A stretch of 64,000 nucleotides of DNA from an uncultured Clostridia bacterium (GTDB lineage: Bacteria > Bacillota > Clostridia > Oscillospirales > Oscillospiraceae): positions 95-64,094 of the forward strand of contig CAMFAL010000001.1 of assembly GCA_945948185.1 (NCBI GenBank), written 5' to 3'. The translations under genes and the position numbers were made by a program. Positions 46,647-57,154 of the stretch are shown here, one piece after another (positions within the stretch are counted from its first letter, which is position 1; each line of letters starts with the position of its first letter). Under the pieces are notes generated by a model that had not been told where the DNA came from, made no database searches, and saw only the letters and a list, made by a program, of their open reading frames with translations.

Positions 46647-48223
46647 CGCTCCGTCACCTCCGTCAGCTTCTTCAGCAGCGTTTCGATCTCCCGGTGCTTG
46701 AACTGGTAGCTGGCCCGGTTGGCGATGAACCGGGCGGAGATGGGCATGAACTCCGTCAGCACCGCCAGGTCGTTCTCCCGCAGGGTAGTGCCGGTCTCCA
46801 CGATATCCACGATCACATCGGAGAGACCCAGGATGGGCGCCAGCTCGATGGAGCCGTTGAGCTTGATGATGTCGATGTCCCGGCCCTGGGCGGCGTAATA
46901 GCTCTTGGCGATGTTGACGAACTTGGTCGCCACCCGCAGCGTGCGGCCGGGGTCATCCACGAAGTCCTTGGGGCCCGCCACGCACATGCGGCACTTGCCC
47001 AGGCCCGTGTCCAGCAGCTCATAGACATCGGCGCCTGATTCCGTCAGAATATCCTTGCCCACGATGCCGATGTCCGCGGCGCCGTGTTCCACGTAAATGG
47101 CCACGTCGCTGGGCTTCACCAGGAAGTAGCGGATGCCGGCGGCGGGATTTTCCACCACCAGTTTCCGGGTGTCGTTGTAGTTTTCGGGGCAGCCGTAGCC
47201 CACACCTGCCAGCAGGTCGTAGACCTTGTCGCCCAGACGGCCCTTGGGCAGGGCCACGTTCAGCATGACCTTCTGGCCGGGATCGGCGGGTTCCTCCTGG
47301 CCCATGCGGGCCAGCTCATCCAGGTACAGGGCGTAGCCGATGGCCCGGGTGCCGGGACGGAACTGCTCCGCCATGGGGTCGTAGCGCCCGCCCTTCAGCA
47401 CCGCGCGGGGCAGGCCTGCCAGATAGCCCTGGAGCACCAGGCCGTTGTAATAGTCCATGTCGTTGACCAGGGACAGATCCAGCTTCAGATTGGATGTCTC
47501 TCCCTGGGCCTCCAAGGTCCCGCACAGGGTCCGCAGCTCGCTGAGGGCCGCGCCCATGGCGGCGTTGAGGGCCAGAGGCTCCGCCGCGTCCAGCACCGTA
47601 TTCCAGTCCCCGGACAGGCATCCCAGCCTGCACAGGGCGTCGGTTCCCTGCTTGGAAAGGCCCGCCTCCGCCGCGCACTTCTGCAGCTCGTGGCGGTTCT
47701 TGTCCCGGATGCAGGTCAGCAGCCGGGGACGGATGGTCTCCGGGGCCCCCACGGCGTCGAACAGGCCGGTGACGAAGCCCATGTGGCTGATCTCCAGCAC
47801 ATAGTCCCGGCCCGTGAGGGCCAGGCTCCGGATGGCCAGGGACACGGCCTGGGCGGTGACCTCATCGTCCACCGCGCCGATGCACTCCAGGCCCATCTGG
47901 CTGATCTCCCGGAAGGTGTGGCTCTCCTGGCTGGGGCGGTACACATTTTCCAGGTAGTAGAACCGGCCGCAGCCGCCCTCCTCCACCTGGGCGTTTTTGG
48001 CGATGGACAGCGTCACGTCCGGTTTCAGCGCCAGCAGGCGGCCATCCAGGTCCGTGAAGGTGATGACCTGCTCGCTGGACAAAAAGCGGCTGTTTTCCCG
48101 GTACAGGCCGTATTCCTCGAACCGGCCCATGTGGTACTGGCGGAAGCCCGCCTGCTCATACAGCAGCCGCAGCTGCAGGGAAACCCGCTCCTGGGGTCTC
48201 AGAATGTTCAGATCCAATTCCAT
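46643..48223 (-). CDS. hisG: Fused HisZ-HisG ATP phosphoribosyltransferase
   Basis: N-terminal HisZ (ALKPDVT, QMGLE, YYNG, GGRYD) continuous with short HisG (ALPKGR, VATKF, DIVETGTTL). Confidence 0.9.
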   Translation of the reverse strand: MELDLNILRPQERVSLQLRLLYEQAGFRQYHMGRFEEYGLYRENSRFLSSEQVITFTDLDGRLLALKPDVTLSIAKNAQVEEGGCGRFYYLENVYRPSQESHTFREISQMGLECIGAVDDEVTAQAVSLAIRSLALTGRDYVLEISHMGFVTGLFDAVGAPETIRPRLLTCIRDKNRHELQKCAAEAGLSKQGTDALCRLGCLSGDWNTVLDAAEPLALNAAMGAALSELRTLCGTLEAQGETSNLKLDLSLVNDMDYYNGLVLQGYLAGLPRAVLKGGRYDPMAEQFRPGTRAIGYALYLDELARMGQEEPADPGQKVMLNVALPKGRLGDKVYDLLAGVGYGCPENYNDTRKLVVENPAAGIRYFLVKPSDVAIYVEHGAADIGIVGKDILTESGADVYELLDTGLGKCRMCVAGPKDFVDDPGRTLRVATKFVNIAKSYYAAQGRDIDIIKLNGSIELAPILGLSDVIVDIVETGTTLRENDLAVLTEFMPISARFIANRASYQFKHREIETLLKKLTEVTER

Positions 48224-48274
48224 GGGTATATCCTCCTCGTGGGGCACCGGGGCCCGCTTTCTTTCACGGGGTCT

Positions 48275-48306
48275 ATTCTACTTTATTTTATTAGCAAAGT
48301 AAAGTG
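48275..48306 (-). promoter_or_regulatory. his promoter with overlapping HisR-like boxes
   Basis: TTTACT-17 bp-TAGAAT overlapped by TACTTTA and TAAAGTG half-sites resembling the Firmicute HisR motif. Confidence 0.5.
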
Positions 48307-48508
48307 GTAATTCGGTAGCAAACGAAATTCTGTGATTTGCACAAACCCAACCGACAAAACAACGGCCGGATACAGGGATTTTACACCCGGCGCCGGGTTT
48401 TTGCAATGATTCTTCCCGGCGCAGTCCTGACCGGGGCAGATTTTCCGCCGGAGTTTTCCGCTTTCCCGGCCACATCTGATATGAGCGTGCTTCAAAGGAG
48501 CCGATACC

Positions 48509-48605
48509 ATGGACCTCAACCAACGGACAGAGCGGTTGATGAATGCCTGTGCCGATGCCATTCTCGGCCTGAGCTGCACCCATTTAAAAAATACGCACGG
48601 CATGA
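48509..48605 (+). pseudogene. Possible 5' relic of an ECF sigma-factor gene
   Basis: RBS AAAGGAG, then MDLNQRTERLMNACADAILGLSCTHLKNTH, which resembles ECF region-2 N-termini; similarity is lost afterwards. Confidence 0.4.
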
Positions 48606-48790
48606 GAAGGGCTATCCGTTTTTACCGGTTCGATTTTCTCTGCGGCGCTTTTTTGAATACCTGCGGATTTGGAATCGTACACAAAAAAATGTGGCTGACA
48701 GGTGGCGAATTTCCGCCACGTTTCCATTTTCTTTTTTATAAAGGTATGATATCATGTCTTTACTTGGAAATGATATACGAGGTGGTCATC

Positions 48791-49666
48791 ATGAAAACAG
48801 GTCTGGTCCTGGAGGGCGGAGCCCTGCGGACCATCTTTTCCGCCGGTGTGTGTGACGCGTTTCTGGATGGGGAGCTGCCCATGCCGGATTACACCATCGG
48901 TGTTTCCGCCGGTATCGCCTACGGCGTCAGCTATCTTTCCCGTCAGAGCCGCCGAAATCTGAAGCTGGTGACCACATACGCCAACGATCCCCGCTACATG
49001 AGCATGCGGAATCTGCTGGACCGCAGGAACCGCTCCTATTTTGGCCTGAAGTTTGCCTACGAGACCATCCCCAACCAGCTGCTGCCCTTTGATTACGACA
49101 CCTTCGAGGCCTATCCCGGCACCGTGGAGGCGGTGGTCACCAATGTGGACACCGGTAAAGCGGAGTACCTGCCCGTTCCCCGCCGGGACGCCCCCAACCT
49201 GGTGCTGGAGGCCACCTGCGCCATCCCCCTAATGTTCCCTGTCATTGAGGTGGACGGACGGCCATACCTGGACGGCGGCTGCACCGATCCCATTCCCTGG
49301 AAGCGGGCCTTCGAAGCCGGCTGTGACCGTGTAGTGGTGATTCTGACCCGGGAGCGGGACTACCGGAAGGACTTTGACAGCTCTTTCCGGATGGTGAAAA
49401 ACGCCTTCCGCAAGCACCCGGAATTCATGGAGGCCATGCGGACCCGGGCGGAGCGCTACAACGCCAGCCGCGAGGAGCTTTTCGCTCTGGAGCAAGAGGG
49501 CAAGGTGCTGGTCATTGCGCCGGAGGACACCTTGGGCTGCTCCCGGACGGAAAAGGATCTGGAGGTCCTGCGGGGCCTGTGGCAGGCGGGCTACTTTGCC
49601 GGACGGCGCTGTGCGGAGGGCATCCGGGCATTTTGGACAACAAACGGCGAGGCCCTCTCCTGCTGA
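48791..49666 (+). CDS. Patatin-like phospholipase
   Basis: LEGGALR, GVSAG and DGG. Confidence 0.92.
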   Translation: MKTGLVLEGGALRTIFSAGVCDAFLDGELPMPDYTIGVSAGIAYGVSYLSRQSRRNLKLVTTYANDPRYMSMRNLLDRRNRSYFGLKFAYETIPNQLLPFDYDTFEAYPGTVEAVVTNVDTGKAEYLPVPRRDAPNLVLEATCAIPLMFPVIEVDGRPYLDGGCTDPIPWKRAFEAGCDRVVVILTRERDYRKDFDSSFRMVKNAFRKHPEFMEAMRTRAERYNASREELFALEQEGKVLVIAPEDTLGCSRTEKDLEVLRGLWQAGYFAGRRCAEGIRAFWTTNGEALSC

Positions 49667-49924
49667 ATCTGTAAAAACGGTGCCGTTTCCGGCACCGTTT
49701 TTTTGCGGATTTCTGACAGTTCCGCCCTTGAATTTGCCTGGCTTTTTACATTTCCGGCAAATTTCCGGTTTTTTTACGGGTGATTTGCTCAATTTTTTCC
49801 GAAATCATCACATTTGGTCATTCCGCCGCTTCTCAATCTCAGAATAAACAGATATAATATGATTGCAACATTGTGTTGACATCACATTTCCCCTGACGGG
49901 GAGATTCGGATCAGGAGCATCGGC

Positions 49925-51673
49925 ATGGACATTTTTTCTGTCTTTACCCTTTGCGGCGGCCTGGCCTTCTTCCTCTACGGCATGACCACCATGTCCAAGA
50001 GTCTGGAGAAGATGGCGGGCGGCAAGCTGGAGCGCGTGCTGAAACGCATGACCTCCAACCCCTTCAAGAGCCTTCTGCTGGGCGCCGGTATCACCATCGC
50101 CATCCAGTCCTCCTCCGCCATGACAGTCATGCTGGTTGGTCTGGTAAACTCCGGTGTCATGGAGCTGGGCCAGACCATCGGCGTCATCATGGGCTCCAAC
50201 ATCGGCACCACCCTGACGGCGTGGATTCTGTCCCTGACAGGCATTGAGAGCGAGAGCGTATTCGTAAACCTGCTGAAGCCCGAAAACTTCTCGCCTGTGA
50301 TCGCTCTGGTGGGCATCATTCTCATCATGGCCTCCAAAAAGCAGCGCCGCCGGGACATCGGACGCATCCTGGTTGGCTTCGCCATTCTGATGTACGGCAT
50401 GGAGCTGATGAAGGACGCGGTAAGCCCCCTGGCCGACATGCCGGAGTTCTCCAGTCTCCTCACCGCCTTCAACAATCCCCTGCTGGGCGTGCTGGTGGGC
50501 GCCGTGTTCACCGGCGTCATCCAGTCCTCCGCCGCCTCCGTGGGCATTTTGCAGGCCCTGGCCCTCACCGGCTCCATTTCCTACGGCATGGCCATCCCCA
50601 TCATCATGGGCCAGAACATCGGCACCTGCGTCACGGCGCTGCTGAGCTCCATCGGCGTCAACCGTAACGCCAAGCGGGTGTCCGTCATCCATATCTCCTT
50701 CAACATCATCGGCACTGTGGTTGGGCTGATCCTGTTCTACGGCGGGAACGCTCTCTTCCACTTCGCCTTTATGAACGCCGCCGTGGGCGCCGTGGGCATC
50801 GCCTTCTGCCACACGGTATTCAACGTGTTCACCACCCTCCTGCTGCTGCCCTTCTCCCGCCAGCTGGAAAAGCTGGCGCGGAGGCTTGTCCGGAATGAGG
50901 ACAAGGCCGAACAGTTCGCCTTCCTGGATCCCCGCCTGCTGCGCACCCCCGGCGTGGCTATCAGCGAGTGCGTCAGCATGACCAACGCCATGGGTGCCCT
51001 GGCCCACCAGAACCTGCTGTACGCCATCGCCCAGTTCTCCAGCTACTCGGAAGCCCGGGAGGCCGAGATCCTCGCCAACGAGGACAAGCTGGACATCTAC
51101 GAGGACCGGCTGGGCAGCTACCTGGTGCAGATCTCCCAGCACGGTGTGTCCATGGATGACATCCGCACCGTTTCCCGCCTGCTCCACGCCATCAGCGACT
51201 TCGAGCGCATCGGCGACCACGCCCTGAACCTGCAGGAATCCGCCCAGGAGCTCCACGAAAAGGACCTCCGCTTCTCCGAATCTGCCCGCGGCGAGCTGCA
51301 GGTACTGCTGACCGCCCTGGAGGATATCATGGACCGGGCCTTTTCCTGCTTTGACACCGCCAGCGTGGAAAAGGCGCGGGAGGTGGAGCCTCTGGAGGAG
51401 ACCATCGACCGGCTGATCGAGGAGATCCGGATGCGCCACATCCGCCGTCTCCAGTCCGGCGACTGCACCATGCAGCTGGGCTTTATTCTCAATGACCTGC
51501 TGACCAACTTCGAGCGTGTCTCTGATCACTGCTCCAACATCGCCCTTTCCGTCATTGAGGAAAAGGACTCCTCCGTGGACCGCCACGCCTATCTGAACGA
51601 CCTGAAGGACGAGGGCAGCTTCACCAGCAGCCTGAATCAGGCCATCCAGACCTACCGGCTGCCTCAGAACTAA
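49925..51673 (+). CDS. Na/Pi cotransporter with C-terminal PhoU domains
   Basis: Two QSSSA/QSSAA plus G.NIGT repeats; ERIGDH and ERVSDH. Confidence 0.93.
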   Translation: MDIFSVFTLCGGLAFFLYGMTTMSKSLEKMAGGKLERVLKRMTSNPFKSLLLGAGITIAIQSSSAMTVMLVGLVNSGVMELGQTIGVIMGSNIGTTLTAWILSLTGIESESVFVNLLKPENFSPVIALVGIILIMASKKQRRRDIGRILVGFAILMYGMELMKDAVSPLADMPEFSSLLTAFNNPLLGVLVGAVFTGVIQSSAASVGILQALALTGSISYGMAIPIIMGQNIGTCVTALLSSIGVNRNAKRVSVIHISFNIIGTVVGLILFYGGNALFHFAFMNAAVGAVGIAFCHTVFNVFTTLLLLPFSRQLEKLARRLVRNEDKAEQFAFLDPRLLRTPGVAISECVSMTNAMGALAHQNLLYAIAQFSSYSEAREAEILANEDKLDIYEDRLGSYLVQISQHGVSMDDIRTVSRLLHAISDFERIGDHALNLQESAQELHEKDLRFSESARGELQVLLTALEDIMDRAFSCFDTASVEKAREVEPLEETIDRLIEEIRMRHIRRLQSGDCTMQLGFILNDLLTNFERVSDHCSNIALSVIEEKDSSVDRHAYLNDLKDEGSFTSSLNQAIQTYRLPQN

Positions 51674-51780
51674 GCAAATACGCAGCAAACCTCCGTGCGC
51701 CGCACGGAGGTTTGCTTTTTGTATAAATTTCTTATGAATACGCATCCTGTCCTCATGTCCATTACAAGGAGGAGCCTATT

Positions 51781-52389
51781 ATGTCCGTGGAATTCAAAGC
51801 CAGTGATACGCTGCAAAACCTGATGCGGGCCTTTGCCGGCGAGAGCCAGGCCCGCAACCGCTACACTTTTGCCGCCGCACTCTGCAAGCAGCAGAAGCTG
51901 CATGTGCTGGAGGCCGTCTTTCAGTTCACCGCCAGTCAGGAACAGGAGCACGCCGAGATCTTCTACAACCACATGAAAGAGCTGTCCGGCCAGACCGTCC
52001 AAATCGACGGCGGGTATCCGGTGGACCTGACCAACGATGTGGTCCAGCTGCTGCGGTACGCCCAGCACAACGAGTACGAGGAAGCCGGCACCGTGTATAC
52101 CGCCTTTGCGGAAACCGCCCGGGCGGAAGGCTTCCCGCAGATCGCTGCCTCCTTCGGGCAGATCGCGCCCATCGAGCAGAGCCACGGAGACCGGCTGGGC
52201 TATCTGGCGGACCTGCTGGAAGCCGGAAAGCTGTTCGTCTCCGACACCAAATGCGGCTGGATGTGCCTGAACTGCGGCCATATTCTGGAGGGAACGGCGG
52301 CACCCAAGCTCTGTCCCGTCTGCCAGCATGACCAGGGCTGGTTCATCCGCCTGGAGCTGGCGCCGTACAGCGGGATGCTTCTCCCCTGA
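51781..52389 (+). CDS. rbr: Rubrerythrin
   Basis: AFAGESQARNRY, EQEH and E..H; C-terminal CLNCG..CPVC. Confidence 0.93.
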   Translation: MSVEFKASDTLQNLMRAFAGESQARNRYTFAAALCKQQKLHVLEAVFQFTASQEQEHAEIFYNHMKELSGQTVQIDGGYPVDLTNDVVQLLRYAQHNEYEEAGTVYTAFAETARAEGFPQIAASFGQIAPIEQSHGDRLGYLADLLEAGKLFVSDTKCGWMCLNCGHILEGTAAPKLCPVCQHDQGWFIRLELAPYSGMLLP

Positions 52390-52559
52390 CCTCGGAGCAC
52401 GCCAAGGCGTGCTCTTTTTTTGCGCAGCGGTTTTCTCCGTTTCCCGCCTGTTCCCCGCGCGCCAAACTAAAACGCGAAAGGGCGGCATGCGCAAAGTAAG
52501 CGCTAAAAGGAACCGCTTTTCCTCAAACACCCTTTACGGTCCGGAATCCCTATCCCGCA

Positions 52560-53045
52560 TCACGCGGGCAGCAGTCCCAGCACGATGCAGGAAACGATAG
52601 CCGCAGCCACCAGGACGCCGCAAAAAATCGCCGGAACAGCGCTCTTGAGCCGCAGATCCATCAATGCCGCCACCAAAGCTCCCGTCCAGGCCCCGGTCCC
52701 CGGCAGCGGAATTGCCACCAGGAACAGCAAGCCCCAGAACTCATACTTCAGCACAAGCTTCTTTTTGGACTCCGCCTTTCTCTCCAGCCTGGAGATCATG
52801 CCCTCCAGCACCGGAATATGGCTCCGGAGCCATGTAAAGGCCTGCCTGGTAAACAGGATCAAAAACGGGATAGGCAGCATATTCCCTATTACCGAAGCCA
52901 GCACCGCCAGAGGCAGCGGCAGCCCGATGCCGACACCGAACGGGATCCCTCCCCGCAGCTCCACCACCGGGAGCATGGAAACCAGCCCCGTAAATACCAG
53001 TTCTCCCCCAAGGGTCTGGTTCAGCCAAATCTGTAACTCTGTCAT
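52560..53045 (-). CDS. Putative small multidrug export family membrane protein
   Basis: PVVELRGGIP and FVAIPLPGTGAWTG-type motifs. Confidence 0.88.
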   Translation of the reverse strand: MTELQIWLNQTLGGELVFTGLVSMLPVVELRGGIPFGVGIGLPLPLAVLASVIGNMLPIPFLILFTRQAFTWLRSHIPVLEGMISRLERKAESKKKLVLKYEFWGLLFLVAIPLPGTGAWTGALVAALMDLRLKSAVPAIFCGVLVAAAIVSCIVLGLLPA

Positions 53046-53506
53046 CTGTAGATATCCGTCATCCTCCGCATTTGGTCCAGCTTTTCATGCGCATCCCGGG
53101 CCAGGAAAGCTGACACCGGCTGCGCACTAAATCATGCGCGGGGCAGTCAATGTGGAAACCCTTTCGCTGGAATTTCCTTCCGTCCGATCTGTCCATCATC
53201 AAAAAAACGGCTCCAAAATCCATATCAGCCGTCATGCCTGGATGCAGCACGATGCGAAACAAAGGGGTGCTCATATCCGGTCATCCGCACATGTGATAGT
53301 TTGTTTATTTTACCACGTAAATGACAATAATTCAAGGTTTTCGGGCTTTTGCCGCATCCCTGCCGCTTTTCATTATCATATATACCGGAAATCCGGTTGC
53401 CGCCGAAGATGAAGGCAATGTCATCAGGCCGGACGGCGGACTGCTCCAAGTTTGGCCCGGGCATGGTCTATACGCTGATTCTCCCCGTCATGGCGGTCTG
53501 CGCAAG

Positions 53507-53545
53507 AAAGCCGCCAATCCATTGGCCTGCAATGGATTGGCGGTT
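53507..53545. terminator. Terminator after the decarboxylase operon
   Basis: ccgccaatccattg / caatggattggcgg stem. Confidence 0.75.
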
Positions 53546-53588
53546 TTCCCTTTTAGCTGTGATCAGATTGGATCAAAATGCGCCGCTG

Positions 53589-55043
53589 TTATCCCTTGTA
53601 CTCCACATACAGCTCCCGGACCGCGTTGGGGTCGGCGGGGGCGGCTGCCTTGGGGGCTTCGGGCGCCTTGGCAGGCTCGTCGTGGGGGCCGTCCCGCCAG
53701 GCCAGGAACTTGGGAGCCACCTGGGGGAACAGGGCCAGGGAGAGCACATCCTCGTCGCTCTTGGCCACGTCCTTGTATTCCTCCCGGTACTTCTCAACCT
53801 CCGGCTCCAGCAGGTCCGCCGGACGGCAGGTGATAACGTCCTCGGGAGCAATGCCGGCCTTGGCCCGGACCTCTTCGTTAACGGTGCCGGGCAGCTTGCC
53901 GTACTCACCCCGCAGCATGGCCTTGGACTCCTTGGTGAAGGTCTTGTACCGCTCGCCCATGATGATGTTCATGACCGCCTGGGTGCCCACGATCTGGCTG
54001 GTGGGCGTCACCAGCGGGGGATAGCCGTAGTCCGCCCGGACCCGGGGGATCTCCGCCAGCACGTCGTAGTACTTGTCCTCCTTCCCGGCCTGCTTCAGCT
54101 GGGAAATGAGGTTACTGAGCATACCGCCGGGCACCTGGTACAGCAGGGTGTTGGTGTCCACCCGCAGGACCTTGGGGTCCAGGGAGCCCTGCTCCTGGAG
54201 CTTGGCGGCCACCTTGCGGAAGTGGACGGCGGCTTCGCTCATCTTGTTCAGGTCCAGTCCGGTGTCCCGGGGGGTGTCCTTCAGTGTGGCCACCAGAGAC
54301 TCGGTGGCGGGCTGGGCGGTGCCGTTGGCCAGGGGGCTGAGGGCGGTGTCCACGATATCCACGCCGGCCATGGCGGCCATGAGATACACCATGTCGCCGG
54401 TGCCGGTGGTGTTGTGAGTGTGCAGGTGGATGGGGACAGAGACCGTCTCCTTCAGCCGCTTCACCAGGGAATAGGCGGCGGCAGGCAGCAGCAGGTTCGC
54501 CATATCCTTGATGCAGATGACATCCGCGCCCATCTGCTCCAGCTCCTTGGCCAGCTTGACGAAGTACTCCTCGTCATGGATGGGGGAAATGGTGTAGGAA
54601 AGGGTGCCCTCCACCATGCCGCCGTACTTCTTTGTGGACTTGATGGCCTGCTCCAGGTTACGCACGTCGTTCAGGGCGTCAAAAATACGGATGATGTCGA
54701 TGCCGTTTTCAATGGACTTGCGGCAGAAGGCGTCCACCACGTCGTCGGCATAATGCTTGTAGCCCAGGATGTTCTGGCCGCGGAACAGCATCTGCAGCTT
54801 GGTGTGGGGCAGGGCCTTGCGGAGCTTCCGCAGGCGCTCCCAGGGATCCTCGTTGAGGAAGCGCATACAGGAGTCAAAGGTGGCGCCGCCCCAGCACTCC
54901 AGGGACCAGTAGCCGATGGAGTCCAGCACCTCGCAGGCGGGGAGCATATCCTCCACCCGCATCCGGGTGGCCGCCTGGGACTGGTGGGCGTCACGCAGAA
55001 TGGTATCCGTGATATACAGGGGCTTGTTACTCAAAAATTCCAT
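53589..55043 (-). CDS. oadA: Oxaloacetate decarboxylase alpha (carboxyltransferase, no biotin domain)
   Basis: LRDAHQS, WGGATFD, IKDM, HTH and PLVTPTSQ. Confidence 0.9.
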   Translation of the reverse strand: MEFLSNKPLYITDTILRDAHQSQAATRMRVEDMLPACEVLDSIGYWSLECWGGATFDSCMRFLNEDPWERLRKLRKALPHTKLQMLFRGQNILGYKHYADDVVDAFCRKSIENGIDIIRIFDALNDVRNLEQAIKSTKKYGGMVEGTLSYTISPIHDEEYFVKLAKELEQMGADVICIKDMANLLLPAAAYSLVKRLKETVSVPIHLHTHNTTGTGDMVYLMAAMAGVDIVDTALSPLANGTAQPATESLVATLKDTPRDTGLDLNKMSEAAVHFRKVAAKLQEQGSLDPKVLRVDTNTLLYQVPGGMLSNLISQLKQAGKEDKYYDVLAEIPRVRADYGYPPLVTPTSQIVGTQAVMNIIMGERYKTFTKESKAMLRGEYGKLPGTVNEEVRAKAGIAPEDVITCRPADLLEPEVEKYREEYKDVAKSDEDVLSLALFPQVAPKFLAWRDGPHDEPAKAPEAPKAAAPADPNAVRELYVEYKG

Positions 55044-55059
55044 ACAGTGTTACCTCCTA

Positions 55060-56484
55060 TCAGCCAAAGAGGGAGATCAGGACGCCCGCCGCGATGGCGG
55101 AGCCGATGACACCGGCCACGTTGGGACCCATGGCGTGCATCAGCAGGAAGTTGCCGGGATTGGCCTCCTGGCCCACCTTCTGGGACACGCGGGCGGCCAT
55201 GGGCACGGCGGACACACCGGCGGAGCCGATGAGGGGATTGATCTTCTCTTTCAGGAACAGGTTCATGAACTTGGCAAGCAGCACGCCGCCGGCGGTGCCG
55301 CAGCCGAAGGCCACGATGCCCATGACCATGATCTTGATGGTCTGGAGGGACAGGAAGGTAGCGCCGGTAGCGGTGGCGCCCACGGACACGCCCAGGAAGA
55401 TGGTGACGATGTTGATGAGCTCGTTCTGTACGGTCTTGCTGAGCCGCTCGGTGACGCCGCACTCCCGGAACAGGTTGCCCAGCATCAGGCAGGCGATCAG
55501 GGGACCGGCGGAGGGCACCAGCAGGGCCACGAAGATGGTCACCACGATGGGGAAGATGATCTTCTCTTTCTTGGAGACCTGCCGCAGGGGCTTCATCACG
55601 ATCTGCCGTTCCTTCTCAGTGGTCAGCAGCTTCATGATGGGCGGCTGGATAACGGGCACCAGGGCCATGTAGGAGTAGGCCGCCACGGCGATGGGACCCA
55701 GCAGAGCCGGGGCCAGCATGGCGGTAACGAAGATGGCCGTGGGGCCGTCGGCGCCGCCGATGATGCCGATGGAACTGGCCTCCGCACCGGTGAAGCCCAT
55801 AAAGCGGCAGCCGGCGTAGGTCAGGAAGATGCCCACCTGGGCGGCAGCGCCCAGCAGCAGGCTCTTGGGATTGGCGATCAGAGGGCCAAAGTCGGTCATG
55901 GCGCCCACGCCCATGAAGATCAGGCAGGGATAGATGCCCAGCTTTACGCCTAAGTAGAGAATGTCGATCAGGCCGGTGGAGACAGTGACATTGGACAGTT
56001 CAATGCCGTAATAGGCGGCAGCCTGCTCCGCCTGGAGCAGCGCCTGAATCTGTACCTCAAGGGTGCTCAGGGCGCCGCCGGCGGAATTGGAGATCTCCGC
56101 CATGACACTTTCAATCGCTTCCGGGGAAAAGGCGGCCCGCGCGGCTGCCATCAGCTGTTCGGCATACGGGGCGAGCACATTCTGTGATACGCCCAGCGTC
56201 TGCATCTCATTCAGGAACTCAGCGGTAATGGGACCGCCGCCGATGAGGTCCCAGTGGATGTGTCCGCCGGCGAAGAAGATCTCATGGAACATGCCAGCGC
56301 CGGGCAGGTTGGTCATCAGCATGCCGAAGGCGATGGTCACCATCAACAGGGGCTCAAACTTCTTGCCGATACCCAGATACAGCAGGAAGCAGGCAATGCA
56401 GAGCATTACCAGGTTCTTCCAGCCTCCGCTCTGTAAAAACAGAACGAAGCCGGTATCATTGATAAAATTCAGGATAGCTTCCAT
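55060..56484 (-). CDS. oadB: Na+-translocating decarboxylase beta subunit
   Basis: [24 protein letters not shown] and HAMGPNVAG. Confidence 0.95.
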   Translation of the reverse strand: MEAILNFINDTGFVLFLQSGGWKNLVMLCIACFLLYLGIGKKFEPLLMVTIAFGMLMTNLPGAGMFHEIFFAGGHIHWDLIGGGPITAEFLNEMQTLGVSQNVLAPYAEQLMAAARAAFSPEAIESVMAEISNSAGGALSTLEVQIQALLQAEQAAAYYGIELSNVTVSTGLIDILYLGVKLGIYPCLIFMGVGAMTDFGPLIANPKSLLLGAAAQVGIFLTYAGCRFMGFTGAEASSIGIIGGADGPTAIFVTAMLAPALLGPIAVAAYSYMALVPVIQPPIMKLLTTEKERQIVMKPLRQVSKKEKIIFPIVVTIFVALLVPSAGPLIACLMLGNLFRECGVTERLSKTVQNELINIVTIFLGVSVGATATGATFLSLQTIKIMVMGIVAFGCGTAGGVLLAKFMNLFLKEKINPLIGSAGVSAVPMAARVSQKVGQEANPGNFLLMHAMGPNVAGVIGSAIAAGVLISLFG

Positions 56485-56500
56485 ATGCGCCTCCAGTCCG

Positions 56501-56854
56501 TTACTGGATGACGCACAGCAGCGTGCCGGACTCCACAGCGGCACCCTTGGAGGTGTTGACGGAGGCGACCTTGCCGTCGCGGGGGCACATAATCTCGTTT
56601 TCCATCTTCATGGCCTCCAGGATCATCAGCACCTGGCCGCGCTTCACGGTGTCACCCGCGGCCACATTGATGGACAGGATGGTGCCGGGCATGGGGGATG
56701 TCACCTGCTCGCCGCCGGCAGGAGCCGCGGCAGCGGGTGCGGGGGTGGGTGCGGAAGCCGCGGAGGCAGCGGCAGGTGCGGGAGCGGCCCCGGTCAGTTC
56801 CTCCAGTTCGATCTCATAGGCGGTGCCGTTAACGGTCACTCTGTACTTTTTCAT
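56501..56854 (-). CDS. Biotin carboxyl carrier subunit
   Basis: EAMKMENEI; Ala/Pro linker. Confidence 0.95.
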   Translation of the reverse strand: MKKYRVTVNGTAYEIELEELTGAAPAPAAASAASAPTPAPAAAAPAGGEQVTSPMPGTILSINVAAGDTVKRGQVLMILEAMKMENEIMCPRDGKVASVNTSKGAAVESGTLLCVIQ

Positions 56855-56890
56855 AGGTATGCTCTCCTTATTCGTTCTCGATTTAATGGC

Positions 56891-57154
56891 TTACAGCTTT
56901 TTGACAGACAAAATGCGGATGCCGGTGATATCGGTACCGAGCTCCTCCGCGATGGCGGCGGAGATGGCGGCGATCAGTTCCTGCTGGTCGACCGCGGGTG
57001 CGGCCGCCGGGGCGGAAATGGCCGCTGCCGGAGCTGCCTGCTGCTTCCGGCCGCAGATCCGGCCAAGCAGTGTCGTCAGCACAATCAGGCAGATCAGGCC
57101 AAAAAACACCGTTCCCATTCCCATCAAACAGACAAAAATGATGGAATAGTCCAT
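56891..57154 (-). CDS. oadG: OadG-family subunit
   Basis: N-terminal TM GMGTVF..L, Ala/Pro linker, IAAISAAIA. Confidence 0.88.
   Translation of the reverse strand: MDYSIIFVCLMGMGTVFFGLICLIVLTTLLGRICGRKQQAAPAAAISAPAAAPAVDQQELIAAISAAIAEELGTDITGIRILSVKKL

Noticed and set aside
48224-48480. His leader peptide or T-box upstream of the his operon
   Set aside because: No His-codon run or leader terminator; the promoter appears close to the start, with HisR-like boxes.
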